DNA from: Alphaproteobacteria bacterium
GTDB lineage: Bacteria; Pseudomonadota; Alphaproteobacteria; JAAXGF01
Reading direction: 5' to 3'
Assembly (NCBI GenBank): GCA_963555825.3
Contig: CAUVXB020000002.1
Location: 704,001-768,000, forward strand
Length of the DNA stretch: 64,000 nucleotides
In this document: positions 51,704-63,475 of the stretch, in pieces
How positions within the stretch are numbered: the stretch's first letter is position 1
Layout: every line of letters starts with the position of its first letter
The notes under the pieces: generated by a model
The model's database searches: none
The model's input: the letters and a program-made list of their open reading frames with translations, nothing else
What the model was told of the DNA's origin: nothing
Made by a program: the position numbers and the translations under genes

Positions 51704-54275
51704 TGTCAATGGCGGAGCAAAAAGGGACCACCTCGGCGGTGTAAGAAGGGACCGCTTGGCGGCTGCGGGCTTGTCCCCGTAGTCCACGGGAGGGCCCCGC
51801 GCGCGACGCGGCGTGCCCTCAACAGGCTGACGCGGCGGCGCGCGCGGGAGGGACCTGTGGGCCCACGGGGTCAAGCGTGGGCTGGGTGGTCGGTTCAGTT
51901 AGCAGTCGGGGTTTGACGCCTGCGGCTCTGGTTGAGCCTGTAGCTGTCACCGTTCATCTCGAGGATGTTGACGTGGTGGGTGAGGCGATCGAGGAGCGCG
52001 CCGGTGAGGCGCTCGGAGCCGAACACCTCGGTCCATTCGTCGAAGGGCAGATTGGTGGTGACCAGGGTCGAGCCCCGCTCGTAGCGTTGGCTGAACACCT
52101 CGAACAACAGCTCGGCGCCGGTCTTCGACAGCGGCACGAAGCCGAGTTCGTCGACGATCAGAAGCTTGTAGGTGGCGAGCTTCTTCTGGAACCTCAGCAG
52201 CTGCTTGTCATCGCGGGCCTCGATGAGTTCGTGGACCAGCGCGGCGGCGGTGATGAAGCCGACCGAGAGGCCCTTCTGGCAGGCCGCCAGGCCGAGACCG
52301 AGGGCGATGTGGGTCTTGCCGGTCCCACTGTTGCCGAGCGCGATGAGGTTCTCGCGGCGCTCGATGTACTCGCAGCGGGCCAGCTCCAGGACCAGCGCCT
52401 TGTTGAGCGAGGGGATGACCTTGAAGTCGAAGCTGTCGAGGCTCTTGACCACGGGGAAGCGCGCCGCCTTGATGCGCCGCTCGACCATGCGGCGCTCGCG
52501 GTCGATCAGCTCGAGCTCGGCGAGTCTCAACAGGTAGCGGACGTGATCGACGCCTTCCGAGGCGCACTGCCGGGCGATCTTGTCGTACTCGCGCAGGAAG
52601 GTCGGCAGCTTCAGCGTCTTGAGGTGGTGGGCGAGCAGCACTTGCGGTGTGTCGGTCATGCGCCGAGCCCCGACAGCAGGCTCATGTACGACTTGGCGGA
52701 CGTCATCGCGACCCGGGCGCGCGGCAGATACGGATAGACGTCGAGGTTGAGCCTGGGCGGCCGCCGCTCGATGCGGCACAGTACCAGGTGCTTCACCGCA
52801 TCAAAGCCGATTGCGCCGAGCCGCAGGGCGTCGCCGACCGCACCCTCGACCTCCTCGAGCCGGAAGGTCTCCAGTAGACGGAGCACCTGGACGTACTCGC
52901 GCTTGCCTGCCTTGCCCATACGAGCTTCGAGGAGCCGCCGCAGAGTGATGAAGGCCTCGGGCAGGTCCCAGCCCGCCAATGGCGCGGCCTGGTCGAGGGC
53001 GCCGATCTTCTGCTCGATCAAGGGCAGGTAATGCAGCGGGTCGAAGATCAGGTCCTCGCTGTCGTAGGACCGGCGGTGCCGGGCGATCACCTCGGCCCCG
53101 CAGCTGATCACCACCTCATCGACGTAGCCCCGGATGAGCACCTCACGGTGGCCGTAGGCCACGGGCACGGAATAGTCGTTGCTGCGGTAACGCACCAGCG
53201 ACAGCGAACTCGCCCGTCCAGGGCGCTTATCGCAGGCATCATAGGGAGCAGGCGGCAATGGCAAGAGAACTTGACGATCCCGCTCGAGACGCTCGCCGAT
53301 GGTCTCCTTGTGGCCCCGCAGCCGCGCCGCCTGGCGCCGGCGGCACTGTTCGGCGAGAGCATCGTTGAGGGCCGCGAAGCTCTCGGCACGCGGGACGGGG
53401 ACCAGGAAGTTCCGCCGGATGAAGCCGACCAGTCCCTCGACCTTGCCCTTGTCGTTGCCCTTGCCCGGCCGGCCGAACCTGTCCTCGAACAGATAGTGGG
53501 ACTGAAGCTCCGTGAAGACGCGCGTTCGCTGCCGCTTCCCATCGCCCAGGATCCGGGCAACCGCCAGCTTGGTGTTGTCGTACAGGATGGATCGGGGGAC
53601 GCCGCCGAAGAAGGCAAACGCCGCGTTGTGGCCATCGCAGAATGCTTCGGTCGTCTCCGCCGGATAGGCCGCAACAAAGCAACCATCACTGTGGGGAAGG
53701 TCGAAGGCAAGGAAGTGGATCTTCCGTAACGCGCCGCCGATCACCGCCATCGCTTCGCCGAAGTCCGCCTGGGCGTGACCGGGGGAATGGGAGAGTGGCA
53801 CGAACACCTCACGCGACCGAAGCCCCTGCTCACGAACGTAGTCCTTCACGATGGTGTAGCCGCCCGTGAAACCGTACTCGTCCCGGAGGCGGTCGAAGAT
53901 GCGCTTCGCAGTGTGCCGTTGCTTGCGGTGGCTGGTCCGATCGTCTTCCAAGATCCGATCGATGATTCCCGTGAACGGACCCAGCTTTGGCCGCCTCGGC
54001 GGCGCGCTTCGGCGATACCCTGGCGGCACCGAGAACGACAGCATCTTACGGACCGTCTTGCGGTCTACACCAAACACCCGCGAGGCCTCGCGGGTGCTCA
54101 TCCCCTCGACATGACACGCCCGCCGAACCCGTGCGTACAACTCCACCCGATACATCCCCCCCGCCTTCCAGTCAGAGCAACCCTGACAGAAGGCTATACG
54201 CGGTCCCATTTTGGTCCGCCGCAGCCGGATCGACCGGCCGCTTCAGTGGGGGATTATTGCTCTGCCGTTCTCACA
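51704..54275 (-). mobile_element. IS21-family element, copy 2 (istB 51895-52659, istA 52656-54155)
   Basis: Same length and proteins as the copy at 29828; no target duplication. Confidence 0.95.
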
Positions 54276-56430
54276 AGATTGTATGATTCAAGCTGAGAGA
54301 GCCTTTTCCTGATTGTGGAATCGCCGATCTTAAACGCGTCCCTTACGTCCGATATGAGGATACCGATGCCGAACAGGTCGTCGTGTACGGCGGAGGTGTC
54401 CCGCATGCGGTGCATTCTCTGCGCCATTGCGCCGACAAACCGGCGTACCTCGATCGGCACAACACGAAAGCGCTAGATATACTCGTTCAACTCGGCGACC
54501 GATAGACTGAGTTCTTCATCAGAGTGACGCCATTGCAATACGTCGTTCATGCGGCGAAGATTCTTGACCTGGGTCGGCTTATCCGCAGTCGTCCAGTCGG
54601 TAAGGCGTTCCAGAATCGCGCGATCAGGGGCGGAGAAACGGCGCTCGTGATCACGCTTCATCTTACGGAGCTTGTTGACGGGAAACTTTTTTTCGTCATC
54701 GGTTACCTGGTGATGGGCGTAACACATGAGCATGAGGTTCGCCGGCGCCCTGCGCTGCTCGTTGGTCATGGCCGGACTGAAACGCGGCCCGCCATTTTCA
54801 GCCGCTTTTATGTGGCAAACCTGGCCGATGAACATGCCCTGCTCATTCATCATCAGCGTGGTACAATTCGGGAAAGCGCAGAGATTACCCGATTTGAGAA
54901 ACAACTCCCTGAGAGTCTCGGGCTTTGGCTTAACAGCCCGTTGAAAAAGGCGTCATTGACCGGGTTTCACGCCACGGCGAAGCATATCGCGGCGAAGGCG
55001 GTTTCGCCATCCTCCGAGACGATGAGGACGATCTGAACGACCAGGACGGCTCCAGCGGGCGTAACAAGCACGAACAAGGCGCCAATTCCGCCCGCCACGG
55101 CCTCCATTCGGGGTGCCGGCGCCGATGAGTTGGCGCATCAGCAACGATAGGTTGTGGCCGGCGACGTGAAGCAGGTATCGCTTGTGCACGTTCTCGCGGC
55201 CCCGAAGCCAGGTCCGGCGCATACCGCCGCGATCGAGGTTGTGGGCAAAGGAGCGCTCGACGATCTCGGCGCGCAGCTTGAAGGCTTCCCTGGCCACCCC
55301 CGATAACAGCCGGGTCCGGTTGTTGGTGACCGCCCGGCGAGCCGCATCATCTCCGTGCCAGCGCGCAAAACCCTTCTGCTTGGGCTCGGAGATCCGGCTC
55401 TTCCAGGGGCCGTCGTCGAGCGCCTTCAAGACCAACCGTGAGTGGTCGCCCTTATCGGTCACACATTCGGCCGGATCTTCGGCCGTCGGCGCCACATCCA
55501 CCGCCTCGAGGTTTGCCTCGGCCGCCGCCAGGGTCTTGGGAAGCGTTGTCGTATCGCCCTCGTCGGCCGGGTGCAGCTCCGCCGCCACCACCGCGCCGGT
55601 GTCCAGATCCACCGCGTGCTCGGGCTTGTAGGCCAGGTGCGTGGTGCCGTCCTTCATCTTGGCGATCTTGGCCTCGGGGTCGCTCCTGGAAACCCAGTCC
55701 TGGTTCGAGAGCTTCTTGCCCTTGCGCTTGCGGTCCAGACGCGCCAGGTCCTCAGCCGTGGGTGTCTCGATACCGCTCTCCTGGGCCAAGCGCTCCAGCA
55801 TCCCCCGGTAACCCTCGCCCGTGTCCCTCCGCACGATGTTGCGCAGCGCCGCGTTGGCCTCCATGGTCGAGGCATCCACCCCGATGCGCTCGCCCTTCAC
55901 CAGACCCGCCTCGGCGATCAGCGCCAGGACCCAGTCAAACACCGCCGTGTGGACTTCATGGGGCAGGCGCGCGCGGGTCCGTGACAGCCAGGAATGGTCC
56001 GGCACCCGTTCCCGCCTCTCCAACAGCAGGAACTCCCGTAGCGACAGGGAATCCGAGCACCGCCACTCCAACCCACGCTCAGAGTCGATACCCTCGAAGT
56101 AGCCCACCAGGTGCATACGGAAGTAGCGCCCGGGTGGCACCGAAGGCGCCCCCATCCTGGCCGCGTAATAGGGCTGGCAGACCGCCTCGGCGAAGCCGTC
56201 GAAGCCGCCCTCGATCAGTACCAACTGCAGGCGGTCGTAAAATACATGACCTGGCGAGCGCGGCATCTCCGACCAGCTCACCATCAAGTCCCCCTGACGA
56301 TCCTTCTGCTGTCCCATCGCCATCAGCGAACCCCCCTTCAGGCCAGGACACCAGAGAATCAGACCATGCCGACTTCGTCCAGGGAAGACTTCGTCAACGG
56401 GCTGTTAAGGCGTTTGGGTATCTCCGTCAT
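54276..56430 (-). pseudogene. HNH-endonuclease-like protein: split by IS1182, premature stop, 3'-truncated
   Basis: Reconstituted MTEIPKRLKPKPETLRELFLKSGNLCAFPNC..CHI..NLMLMCYAHH; in-frame TAG at 54473-54475. Confidence 0.75.
54934..56404 (-). mobile_element. IS1182-like element (transposase 54953-56323)
   Basis: IRs CAGCCCGTTGA/TCAACGGGCTG, TTAA duplication; VDAS, DKG and VERSFA motifs. Confidence 0.85.
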
Positions 56431-57224
56431 CCGCCCTCGCGATCGCGCCGTGACAGGAAAGAGCAGACTGCACAGGCGACGCTGACGACGAGTTCTGCTT
56501 CCTCCGTCGTTACGGCTTGCCCCTCCCGAATGTGGCGCGCCCGGTCCGAGGCGTAGCCCCAGAGCTTCTCGACGGCGCTATCCAGTGGCGGCGCAAGCCC
56601 CAGCCGTGGCACCAGCCGGCCGAGAGTGAGATTCGGCTCCCCCGTCACGTCACGGGCGGTGCATTCCAGAGCGGCGATCGCGTGCTGGATCGCACCGGTC
56701 ACGTCTGGCGTTGGCCGCCGCGAAATATCCTGAATGGCTTCGTGAATTTCGTTCGCAGCGGCGCTGCGCCCGGTCTGCGCGAGAAGGTCGCCGGCCTCGC
56801 GTGTGGTTTCGGCGAAGGCTTCAGAGCCCCGGTAGAGAATCTGGCCGTCCGTCATCTGCCAGCCGATACCGTTCTCCCGGAAATACTGGTTCAGGCTGTC
56901 CTGGAAAGCGTCAGCCCTGTCAGGAAAATCCCCGGTAAAGGCAGCATGAAGCGCTTCTGCGATGTCATAGACCTTGAACCACGGACAATCCTCGATGAGC
57001 CGGTTCACCTCTTCCCAGACATTCGGGTACTCGGACCAATTATTGGGGTCCGGACGCACGAGCAGGATTTGGCAAACTGCCTGCCGAATCGCCGCCGGCC
57101 TCATGCCGGTATCCTTCGCGATCAGCGGGATGGCAAAGCGCAGGCCCTCCGGTGCATCTTCGCGGACGGTAAGCTCCTGTTCCGCCCCGCGATAGCCGTG
57201 CCGATCTGAAAATCGTTCTGGCAT
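56427..57224 (-). CDS. AbiJ-NTD4-like protein with possible HEPN-like C-terminus
   Basis: FSDRHGY..REDAP, WFKVYD and LNxYFRENGIGW segments; C-terminal YASDRARH. Confidence 0.65.
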   Translation of the reverse strand: MPERFSDRHGYRGAEQELTVREDAPEGLRFAIPLIAKDTGMRPAAIRQAVCQILLVRPDPNNWSEYPNVWEEVNRLIEDCPWFKVYDIAEALHAAFTGDFPDRADAFQDSLNQYFRENGIGWQMTDGQILYRGSEAFAETTREAGDLLAQTGRSAAANEIHEAIQDISRRPTPDVTGAIQHAIAALECTARDVTGEPNLTLGRLVPRLGLAPPLDSAVEKLWGYASDRARHIREGQAVTTEEAELVVSVACAVCSFLSRRDREGG

Positions 57225-57228
57225 TGAC

Positions 57229-58515
57229 CTATTCCTGTCTGATACCGGCAAGGTCCTCGGGGCGCAGGCGGTAGCGGATGATGTTGCCTTCGTGCAGGCC
57301 GTGGAACTCATGCCCGATATAGGCCACTACATCCTCGCGATCCGCTTCGGGAATGTCTTCCTCGGCGGCCATGGCCATGATGCGCTCAGGTTGGAACGTC
57401 TTCCATTCCAGGACGCTGCGGCGCACGGCGTTGCGAACGAAATCGCGATAGGCCAGCGCCGCCTTTTCGGGGGTTTCAACTTCGGCACGCAGTACCCGGT
57501 AATTCTCGGCCGAGGTCAGGTAGGCGTCGATGTAAACCTCCCGCAGCAATGACACGTTGTTCAGTTCGTAGATGCCGATCAGGCCGTCGATATAATTGCC
57601 GTCGTCCATCGTGAGAAACGACATGGGCGCAAGATCGGCCTTTAAGAGCGGGATGTTGGAGGCGATGCGCGAGGTCCGCTTGTTGATATCGGCAAAAGCC
57701 TGCAAATAGGGAATATGAACGAGAAGAAAGAAGGACTGCTCGAACGGGTCGGTGATCGCCGCCGACTTCTGAATCAGGATATCGAACTCTTCTTCAATCT
57801 CGTACTGGTCGTCCAGTGGCTTGTAACTCGAATAGGAAATGCCGACAGGCATGCGCCGCAACCGTCCCGCCATGGCGGGATCGGCAAGAAGGCCGCCTGA
57901 GAGCAGCGCATGAATGCTGAACACGTCCGGCCGGCTGATCGTAATATCTCCGAGATTATCGACGACGTACTGAATTGCCTCCTTGTGATTGAGGATCATC
58001 AGCGCTTCTTTGCGGTCCTTGCCGGATGCCTCTTCCCCGAAGCGGATCAGGCGTTCGGTTTGAAGGATGTCATAGGTGTTGCCTTCCATCCGCGATGAAG
58101 CCCAGGACAGGTCCACCAGGAGCCGCTCCAGGATGCGGCGCGCATAGGTTCCGGCGGGAAGCGGAACCGGTTCCGGCCGGCCGGCTTCATGCAGCCGCTG
58201 CCGATCAGCCTCACCAAGATAGAACGTCTTGTCGGGGATATAGCGATCTACAAACTCTTTGTTGTAGGTCGCGGGTCTGCGGCGGATATAGGGTGTTTGC
58301 AGATAGGCGCGCACCACGGCTGCGCCCGCCAAGCTGTAGCCGGTGGCGCGGGCCTTGCCCGAAACCTCAAGCCGGCCTTTATCGACGAGCTTCTTGAGGG
58401 CGCGCCAGACCGTGGGACCGCTCACCTCCGGCGCGACATGACGCCTTATGTGCTCCCGGCCTGCGCCGGGATGGCCCGCGATGTAGTCGAGAATGTCCTG
58501 GTCATTGAGCGGCAT
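57229..58515 (-). CDS. Fic family protein with N-terminal HTH
   Basis: SWASSRMEGNTY and NHKEAI motifs; non-canonical Fic motif YLQAFADINKRTSR. Confidence 0.88.
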   Translation of the reverse strand: MPLNDQDILDYIAGHPGAGREHIRRHVAPEVSGPTVWRALKKLVDKGRLEVSGKARATGYSLAGAAVVRAYLQTPYIRRRPATYNKEFVDRYIPDKTFYLGEADRQRLHEAGRPEPVPLPAGTYARRILERLLVDLSWASSRMEGNTYDILQTERLIRFGEEASGKDRKEALMILNHKEAIQYVVDNLGDITISRPDVFSIHALLSGGLLADPAMAGRLRRMPVGISYSSYKPLDDQYEIEEEFDILIQKSAAITDPFEQSFFLLVHIPYLQAFADINKRTSRIASNIPLLKADLAPMSFLTMDDGNYIDGLIGIYELNNVSLLREVYIDAYLTSAENYRVLRAEVETPEKAALAYRDFVRNAVRRSVLEWKTFQPERIMAMAAEEDIPEADREDVVAYIGHEFHGLHEGNIIRYRLRPEDLAGIRQE

Positions 58516-58818
58516 GAAACGATCTGCTAATTCTGTGAAACAATTATGTACTTAAAATATATAGCTTTTCCTGATTTGTCAAGATATCGTTTCACGGCTT
58601 TTGAAATGATATGTAAGCCCGGCGGTCTCTGCAACAATAATCTGCCGGGGTGAAACGTTTAAATTATTGATATGATTACATCTTCTTCCGCACCAGCCCT
58701 ATCATTTCATGGAAAATGCAACGATATGGCATGGGGCCGAACCGGACGGTCGCGAGCAGCCCTATGCTGAACGGAAGGGCCGTCGGGAGGGGGTATGCAA
58801 AGTTTGCGTGGGGCCGGA

Positions 58819-59511
58819 TCAGGCGGCCACAGGCCTGCCGTCATTAAGCGCATCCAGAACGCGGACTTGCTGTCCGAGCCAATCCGTCCAGGCGGCTAGA
58901 AATGCGCCGAAGTCGTTTTCGTGGACGCGCAGTATATTCAGGCCGGTTATTTGCCCGTTCCTTATGCTCGCGCTTACAAATGCGAACATGGCCGCCTGAT
59001 CATGGGTGTTGCGCCCGTTTTCATCTAGATAGGCAACGCCGCCGTGCTCGAGCGCATTGCGCAGATCAAGCAGGACGCGCCGCGCCGAAGCGTTACGGGC
59101 GGCTTCAAGCGCTTGCGGCGCAGAAAGCGCGTCGAGCAGGTCATGTGGCCAATCGCTCGCGACATTGAACGGGGGATAGGCCGGCACATAGCTCCACGCG
59201 CTGGTTTGGGCAAAAGGAGCATCGCCAAAAGATCGGGTATTTCCCAGCACGCCACTTAATTCGGCGGTAAGCGCAGGATCGAGATCCCTGTCATCTCCCG
59301 CTTGCACGGCGCGCGGATTGCCCGGCTTGAATATCCGCTCGATGGGAAGAACGATCATCGGTGTTGCCATGGCGAGCAGAAACGTTGTCCGCAGCGGTCC
59401 GCCAAACCGGGCGTCGTCTGGAAGGCCATCATTGATTGTCGGGAGCAGGTGACGAATAAGGCTTTCGCATCGCATTACGATGTCACGGCTGTAATGATTG
59501 GGGATACTCAT
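58819..59511 (-). CDS. Hypothetical protein with HEPN-like RxxxxH motif
   Basis: DLRNALEHG in a helical context; starts 27 bp after the QatD-like stop. Confidence 0.6.
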   Translation of the reverse strand: MSIPNHYSRDIVMRCESLIRHLLPTINDGLPDDARFGGPLRTTFLLAMATPMIVLPIERIFKPGNPRAVQAGDDRDLDPALTAELSGVLGNTRSFGDAPFAQTSAWSYVPAYPPFNVASDWPHDLLDALSAPQALEAARNASARRVLLDLRNALEHGGVAYLDENGRNTHDQAAMFAFVSASIRNGQITGLNILRVHENDFGAFLAAWTDWLGQQVRVLDALNDGRPVAA

Positions 59512-59698
59512 CGGCGGTTTCCTGTGCGTAGGATCATCTCAGGTCTCAAGAGCTGGAGACAGGGTTTGGGTGAGGTGGCGGAGATTGTCGTCCAGAGTTC
59601 TCTGGGTTTCGTGGGTATTGTTGTTCCAGAGATCGGCCAGAACGGTGACAGCGCTATCGACTTCCCAAGGCAGGACGGCACGCCCGACGATCTGCGCG

Positions 59699-61118
59699 TG
59701 AGTCGGACCCGATTTCCTTGGACACAGAATTGGCTTAATCGAAGTGTCCAAGGAGGACCGGAACATGACCGACAATTTTGAGAACAAAGTTGCTGTTGAT
59801 GGGCCTGTGGTAAACGAGGGCGAGCTTGGCTCGTCCACGTTTTCCCCGGGCCAGGTTTCGCCGGCAGGCCCGCTGGGACTTGGCCAGCGGTGGACGGTGA
59901 CGCGCAAGCGTGAGGTTGCCCTGCGGCTTTTGCGTGGCGAGCCGGTGGAACTTTTGTCGCGGCAGTTGGGCGTGGAGATTTTCCGGCTCGAGCAGTGGCG
60001 TGAGAAGGCGATCGCCGGGATCGATGCCTCGCTCAAGGAACGCAAGGGCGATCCGGTGAAGGCGGAACTGGACATCGCCATGAAGCGGATCGGGGAGTTG
60101 ATCATGCAGGTGGAACTGCTGGAGGCCAAGACGGAGACGTCCGGCCCTTTGGGGCGGCGGAGGTCGCGGCGATGAGTGCCGCCACCTCTCCCGGCACGGG
60201 TTTGGCCTACGGCCTCCAGCGGGTCTGTGCGGCCTGGGGTTTTGCCCGTTCCTCGTTCTACGCCATGAAATCCCGGCAGCAGGCCACCGCTGAGCGCCCA
60301 CCAGCAAAGCGCCGGGGACCGAAGCCCTCGATCTCGGACGAGGCTCTGCTGGTGGCCATCGAGGCCGACCTGGAGGCATCCCCCTGGGAGGGCGAGGGAC
60401 ACCGCAAGGTCTGGGCTCGGCTTCGGGTCTGTCGTGGCATCCGTGTTTCCCGCAAGCGGGGGCTCCGGGTGATGCGCGAGAACAACCTGCTCTCGCCCCA
60501 TCGCTGCCGCCGCCGTGGCGGAAATCCCCATGTCGGTGAGATCATCACCCATGCCCCCAACCTCATGTGGGGCACGGACGGCGTTCGGGTGTTCACGGTG
60601 GACGACGGCTGGGGCTGGATATTCACCGCCATCGAGCATTGGAACGCCGAGTGCGTCGGCTGGCATGTGTGCAAGCGAGGCGACCGCTTCGCCGCCCTTC
60701 AGCCGATCTCCATGGGGCTTGCGAGGCTGTATGCCTCGACCTCCGCCGGTGCGGCGCGGGGGCTGGCCTTGCGGATGGATCACGGCTCCCAGTATCTGTC
60801 GGACCACTTCACCAACCAGATCAAGTTCTGGGGCATCCAGCCGTCCTACGCCTTCGTCGAACAGCCCCAGACCAACGGCGTCGCCGAGAGGTTCAATCGC
60901 ACGCTCAAGGAACAGATCATCCATGGCCGCATCTACCGCAACATCGCGGAGCTGCGGAACGCCGTCCGCGGGTTCGTCGAACAGTACAATGCCCAGTGGA
61001 TCGTGGAGAAGAACGGCTACCTGAGCCCCGCTCAAGCTCGTCAGGCGTGGCACACCGCGATGTCACTCAGGCCCGCCGCATGAGACAAACTTGTGTCCAA
61101 GGAACCGGGTGCGATACA
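59699..61118 (+). mobile_element. IS3-like element, complete (orfA 59744-60175, orfB 60172-61083)
   Basis: TG..CA ends with imperfect IR (CCTTGGACAC/GTGTCCAAGG); 14-bp flanking repeat. Confidence 0.9.
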
Positions 61119-61250
61119 CGTCGATCTGCGCGAACGGGCCGTCGGACTCGGTGAGAACTCGTTCGCGCGGCATGCGCTCTGTCAGTGCCCTTCCCTTTTC
61201 GCCATTTAACATAGCCGGGCCGACGCTAAACCAGCACCCAAGGGCAATGG

Positions 61251-62700
61251 GGGGATGTCCCGGTCGATGTTGAAAAGTTGAGGTAGGTGTCGCTCTCCTG
61301 GAGCCGTTAGGCTCCGGGTGCTGCAAACCCAAAAGGGAGAACGACACCATGGGAAAGAATATCCGTAGTTCCAGCCGCCCGAAAGCCCTTGCCCCCTCGA
61401 TTCCTATGCCGCCGCTGGCGGACGCGATGGACGCAGTCCATCTCAGCGTGGATCGGTTTTGTCTTCTGGCCGGGGTCGAGGCCTTGGCCGAGATGATGGA
61501 GGAGGACGCCACGACCGTGTGCGGGGCCCGACATCGCCGCCATGGGGACCGTCGAGGTTATCGCTGGGGCAGGACACATAGCGAGATCGGCTACCACGGC
61601 GGCAAAGTGAAGGTGGCCCGGCCACGGGTTCGTGACCGGGCGGGCAAAGAGGTGAGCTTGGAGAGTTGGCAGGCGCTACGCGATGGCAACCTGCTGCTCG
61701 AGTGGGCGCTCAACCTGATGGTGCTGAACGTGTCGACCCGCAAGTACCACCGCGCGGTCCGTCTGCCCGAGGGCGACCTGGCGAAAGCGCGTGGCGACGG
61801 CACCTCGAAGTCGGCCGTTTCCCGGCGCTTTGTGGCGCTGTCACGCAAGAAGATGAAGGCCTGGCTCGCCTCGGATCTCTCGGAACTCGACCTGCTAGTC
61901 ATCCAGATCGACGGTCTGCATGTCGGCGACCATGTCCTGATGGCGGCGATCGGCGTCGATGGCAACGGCGACAAGCATGTCCTGGCCGTGGTCGAGGGGG
62001 CGACGGAGAACACGGTCGTCGTCCAGGCCTTGATCGACAATCTCCTCGCCAGGGGGCTCGATCCGACACTGCCGCGGCTGTTCATCGTCGATGGCGCGAA
62101 GGCACTCAGCAAAGCGATCCGAAACACCTTCGGTGTGGCCGCCGCCATCCAGCGCTGCCAGGTCCACAAGGGCCGTAACATCATCGAGCGCCTGCCCCAA
62201 CATTTGCACGCGAGCGTCAAGAAGGCGCTCCGTCAGGCCTGGGACCAGGACGACGCAAACAAGGCCGAGCGGCTCTTGCGCAACCTGGTCCGGCGTCTGG
62301 AGCATGAGGAACCGGGCGTCTCGGGCAGCATCCTGGAGGGGCTGGAGGAGATCCTCACCGTCATCCGCCTCGGCCTGCCGCACGAACTCCGGCGCTCGCT
62401 CGCCTGCACCAACATCGTCGAGAACGCGCTCGGCACGGTGCGCCAGGTCACCCGCAACGTCAAACGCTGGAGACACGCCGAGATGGCGCTCAGATGGACC
62501 GCCGCCGGCCTGCTGGAGGCCCAGAAAACCTTCCGTCGCCTCAAGGCCTATCGCCAGCTGCCCATCCTCCGAAATGCTCTCCAGGAACACTTGAGAAAGG
62601 CTCAGGCCGACAGTGCCATTGAAACCATCATGAAGGCAGCATAGCATCATCAACCAGCGACGCCTGCCCCACGAATTTCAACAGAGATAGGGACATCGCC
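61251..62700 (+). mobile_element. IS256-family element (transposase 61349-62644)
   Basis: IRs GGGGATGTCCC..GTTGAAA/TTTCAAC..GGGACATCGCC; 8-bp duplication GGCAATGG; QRCQVHK motif. Confidence 0.93.
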
Positions 62701-62745
62701 GGCAATGGCCCGGTCGAGATCGCGCGCGCTCCCCGAAAACCAATG

Positions 62746-63347
62746 TGACCTGCCCCCCAAAACCTGGCCCAGGCGGAATGTTAGTCTTGGGCCGTTGGAG
62801 AGGAGGTCAAGATGCCACGGAAGCGACATACCGCGGAACAGATCATCAGCAAGCTGCGTGAGGCTGAAGTCGGCCTGGCGAGCGGTCACACGGTGCCCGA
62901 AGTGTGCCGGACCTTGGGCATCGCCGAGCAGACGTACTATCGGTGGCGCAAGGAGTACGGCGGCCTGAAGGTTGGGCAGGCCCGACGCTTCAAGGAGCTC
63001 GAGCGGGAGAACACACATCTCAGGCGAGCCGTCGCCGATCTGATGCTGGATAAACTGATCCTGAAGGAAGCCGCCGAGGGAAACTTCTAAGCCCCGAGCG
63101 TCGCCGGCGCTGTGTTGAGCATGTCTGCACACGATATGGATTACCCGAGCGCCGGGTGTGCCAGGTCATCGGACAGCCACGCTCGACGCAACGCTATCGA
63201 CGTGTCGGGGCTGACGATGAGGCGGCGCTCACCGAGGCGATCGTGCGGCTAGCCAGTGAGTATGGCCGCTACGGCTATCGCCGGGTCACGGCGCTGCTCC
63301 GCGGAGAGGGTTGGCACGTGAACCACAAGCGGGTCGAACGCATCTGG
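62746..63347 (+). mobile_element. IS3-family (IS407-like) element, 3'-truncated
   Basis: TGACCTGCCCC end, orfA 62812-63090, GGGAAAC slip site, RYGYRR; cut at 63348. Confidence 0.88.
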
Positions 63348-63475
63348 GAGCTATTGTCAAAAGTTGACGGGGCGGTAAAAAGTTGTTGGCCGATGGCGTG
63401 CTTGTACAGGTCTTTGCGGTTCGGTGAAGAATATTTGCCTGTCTCCGCGTTGCTGGTGGATAAAACCTGATATTA

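Larger units (their letters stand above)
59539..62745 (-). pseudogene. qatD: TatD-family nuclease resembling Qat anti-phage QatD, broken by three ISs
   Basis: Pieces 62701-62745, 61119-61250 and 59539-59698 join to HWFSG..GCWFSVGPAML..RVLTESDGPF..PWEV. Confidence 0.75.

Noticed and set aside
59539-61053. 504-aa minus-strand ORF
   Set aside because: Antisense of the IS3-like element fused to the qatD tail.
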